Of a DNA stretch of 64,000 bases, positions 63,403-64,000 are shown piece after piece. The notes under the pieces are model-generated. The model worked only from the letters and a program-made list of their open reading frames with translations, did not search any database and was not told the DNA's origin. Source of the DNA: Candidatus Eiseniibacteriota bacterium (lineage in GTDB: Bacteria; Eisenbacteria; RBG-16-71-46; CAIMUX01; VGJL01); contig VGJL01000001.1 of assembly GCA_016867495.1 (NCBI GenBank), forward strand, positions 7,421 to 71,420, read 5' to 3'. Every line of letters starts with the position of its first letter. The stretch's first letter is position 1. Made by a program: the position numbers and the translations under genes.

Positions 63403-64000
63403 CTACCGTTCGTGCGGCATCACTTCAGGTAGGACGTGAAAGTACTTCGCGACAGGGTAGTGGATGAAGTTCGAGACCCGTCCCGTGTAGATGCATGCGA
63501 AATCCTGGACCTGTTCCGCGAAGTGACTCGGCGCGTGGCCGGTTCTGAATACCGGCCCCCAGTGGATGTTGTGGGCACGATCGATGAGCCCCGCCAGGCC
63601 GTCTATCTCCCGCTGAAGGATCCGAAGGCGCTCGTCGATCCGATCCCGGAGGTCCCGGGCCCGCTTTCTGCCCAGCCCGGGAAGCTGCGGAGGCGCGTCC
63701 CCCCGCGCCGCCCGATCGAGCCCGTCCCGAACAAGGTCCAGCTGCTCGCGTCTCTCGCGCGCGCGGTGAAGACGCTCGATCGACGCCGCCATGCGGCCGC
63801 GCGCGGTCAACTCTTCCTCCAGCTCCTGGATCACCATCGCGGTCCGCCACATGCGCACGCGCTTCGACTTGAGGATGTCCCCGTATGTGTGGTCGCCGAA
63901 ATAGAGGATGCGATCGCCTGCGCAGCCGATCCTCCGTTCCAGGTCCCGCACGCCCCCGCCAGCGACCGCCTTCAACCTCTCGCTCGCCCGGCGCACGCCC
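63403..64000 (-). CDS. cytosolic 5'-nucleotidase (HAD-IG family), C-terminal part; N-terminus beyond window
   Basis: The HAD motif IV region ILYFGDHTYGDILKSK is typical of cN-II/5_nucleotid family proteins. The stop is at 63403 and the CDS continues past the window end. Confidence 0.65.
   Translation of the reverse strand, partial: GVRRASERLKAVAGGGVRDLERRIGCAGDRILYFGDHTYGDILKSKRVRMWRTAMVIQELEEELTARGRMAASIERLHRARERREQLDLVRDGLDRAARGDAPPQLPGLGRKRARDLRDRIDERLRILQREIDGLAGLIDRAHNIHWGPVFRTGHAPSHFAEQVQDFACIYTGRVSNFIHYPVAKYFHVLPEVMPHER

Noticed and set aside
1-64000. Search for CRISPR arrays, tRNA/rRNA genes, transposases/integrases, or defence-system hallmarks (nucleases, helicases, methyltransferases)
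   Set aside because: No direct-repeat/spacer periodicity and no cloverleaf-like conserved tRNA stretches were spotted in the few intergenic regions. No ORF has a transposase, integrase, restriction, or Cas-like signature. Coding density and uniform GC argue for core chromosome rather than an island.

Overview
The window is 64 kb of high-GC (about 70%) bacterial chromosome, densely coding, with roughly 56 CDS and about 50 of them on the minus strand. I found no rRNA, tRNA, CRISPR array or mobile element. Several features (a T9SS-type C-terminal sorting tail, a GldA/F/G-like ABC set, tandem ExbD genes in a TonB locus, an exosortase, an archaeal-type ProRS) suggest an FCB-group organism such as a Gemmatimonadota-like lineage, but that is inference only.

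The most interesting part is an 11-gene minus-strand exopolysaccharide/exosortase locus (about 15.9-31.3 kb). It encodes a PglF-like nucleotide-sugar 4,6-dehydratase fused to a divergent phosphoglycosyl-transferase domain, a Wza-like exporter and a Wzc-like BY-kinase with a tyrosine-rich tail. It also encodes an exosortase with NPNYSHGFL, ACSG and VVR motifs, an EpsI-like protein, a multi-TM membrane protein and a TPR lipoprotein. The last genes are a membrane+GAF module without a kinase domain, an O-antigen-ligase-like protein, a PEGA protein and an FN3 lipoprotein. No PEP-CTERM cargo protein is visible in the window. Upstream of this locus are nucleotide-sugar genes (two SDR epimerases and a UDP-sugar 6-dehydrogenase).

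Other content:
- M16 zinc peptidase, a secreted thioredoxin-TPR protein, TrxA.
- LptE-HolA in the conserved order.
- A soluble GAF/PAS histidine kinase with an NtrC-family regulator carrying a GAFTDA motif variant.
- A CtpA S41 protease, a macro-domain protein, an AI-2E transporter, CvpA, and an H+-pyrophosphatase.
- A nine-gene operon of two coiled-coil membrane proteins, a PstS-like protein, a TPR protein, a STAS protein, and ExbB-ExbD-ExbD-TonB.
- A PHP-domain hydrolase with a T9SS-type tail.
- A DUF62 SAM hydroxide adenosyltransferase translationally coupled to CutA.
- An orphan Trp/Cys-rich basic 125-aa protein.
- A GldA/F/G-like ABC transporter with a DUF4340 protein.
- A MltD-like transglycosylase and an archaeal-type ProRS.
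- A beta-propeller secreted protein, a SpoIVB-like S55 peptidase, outer-membrane and secreted proteins, and a partial cytosolic 5'-nucleotidase at the 3' edge.

Many of the six-frame ORFs are GC-driven artefacts (antisense, frame-shifted, or 5'-extended). I refined starts using in-frame ATG/GTG codons, Shine-Dalgarno-like motifs, and stop/start overlaps.
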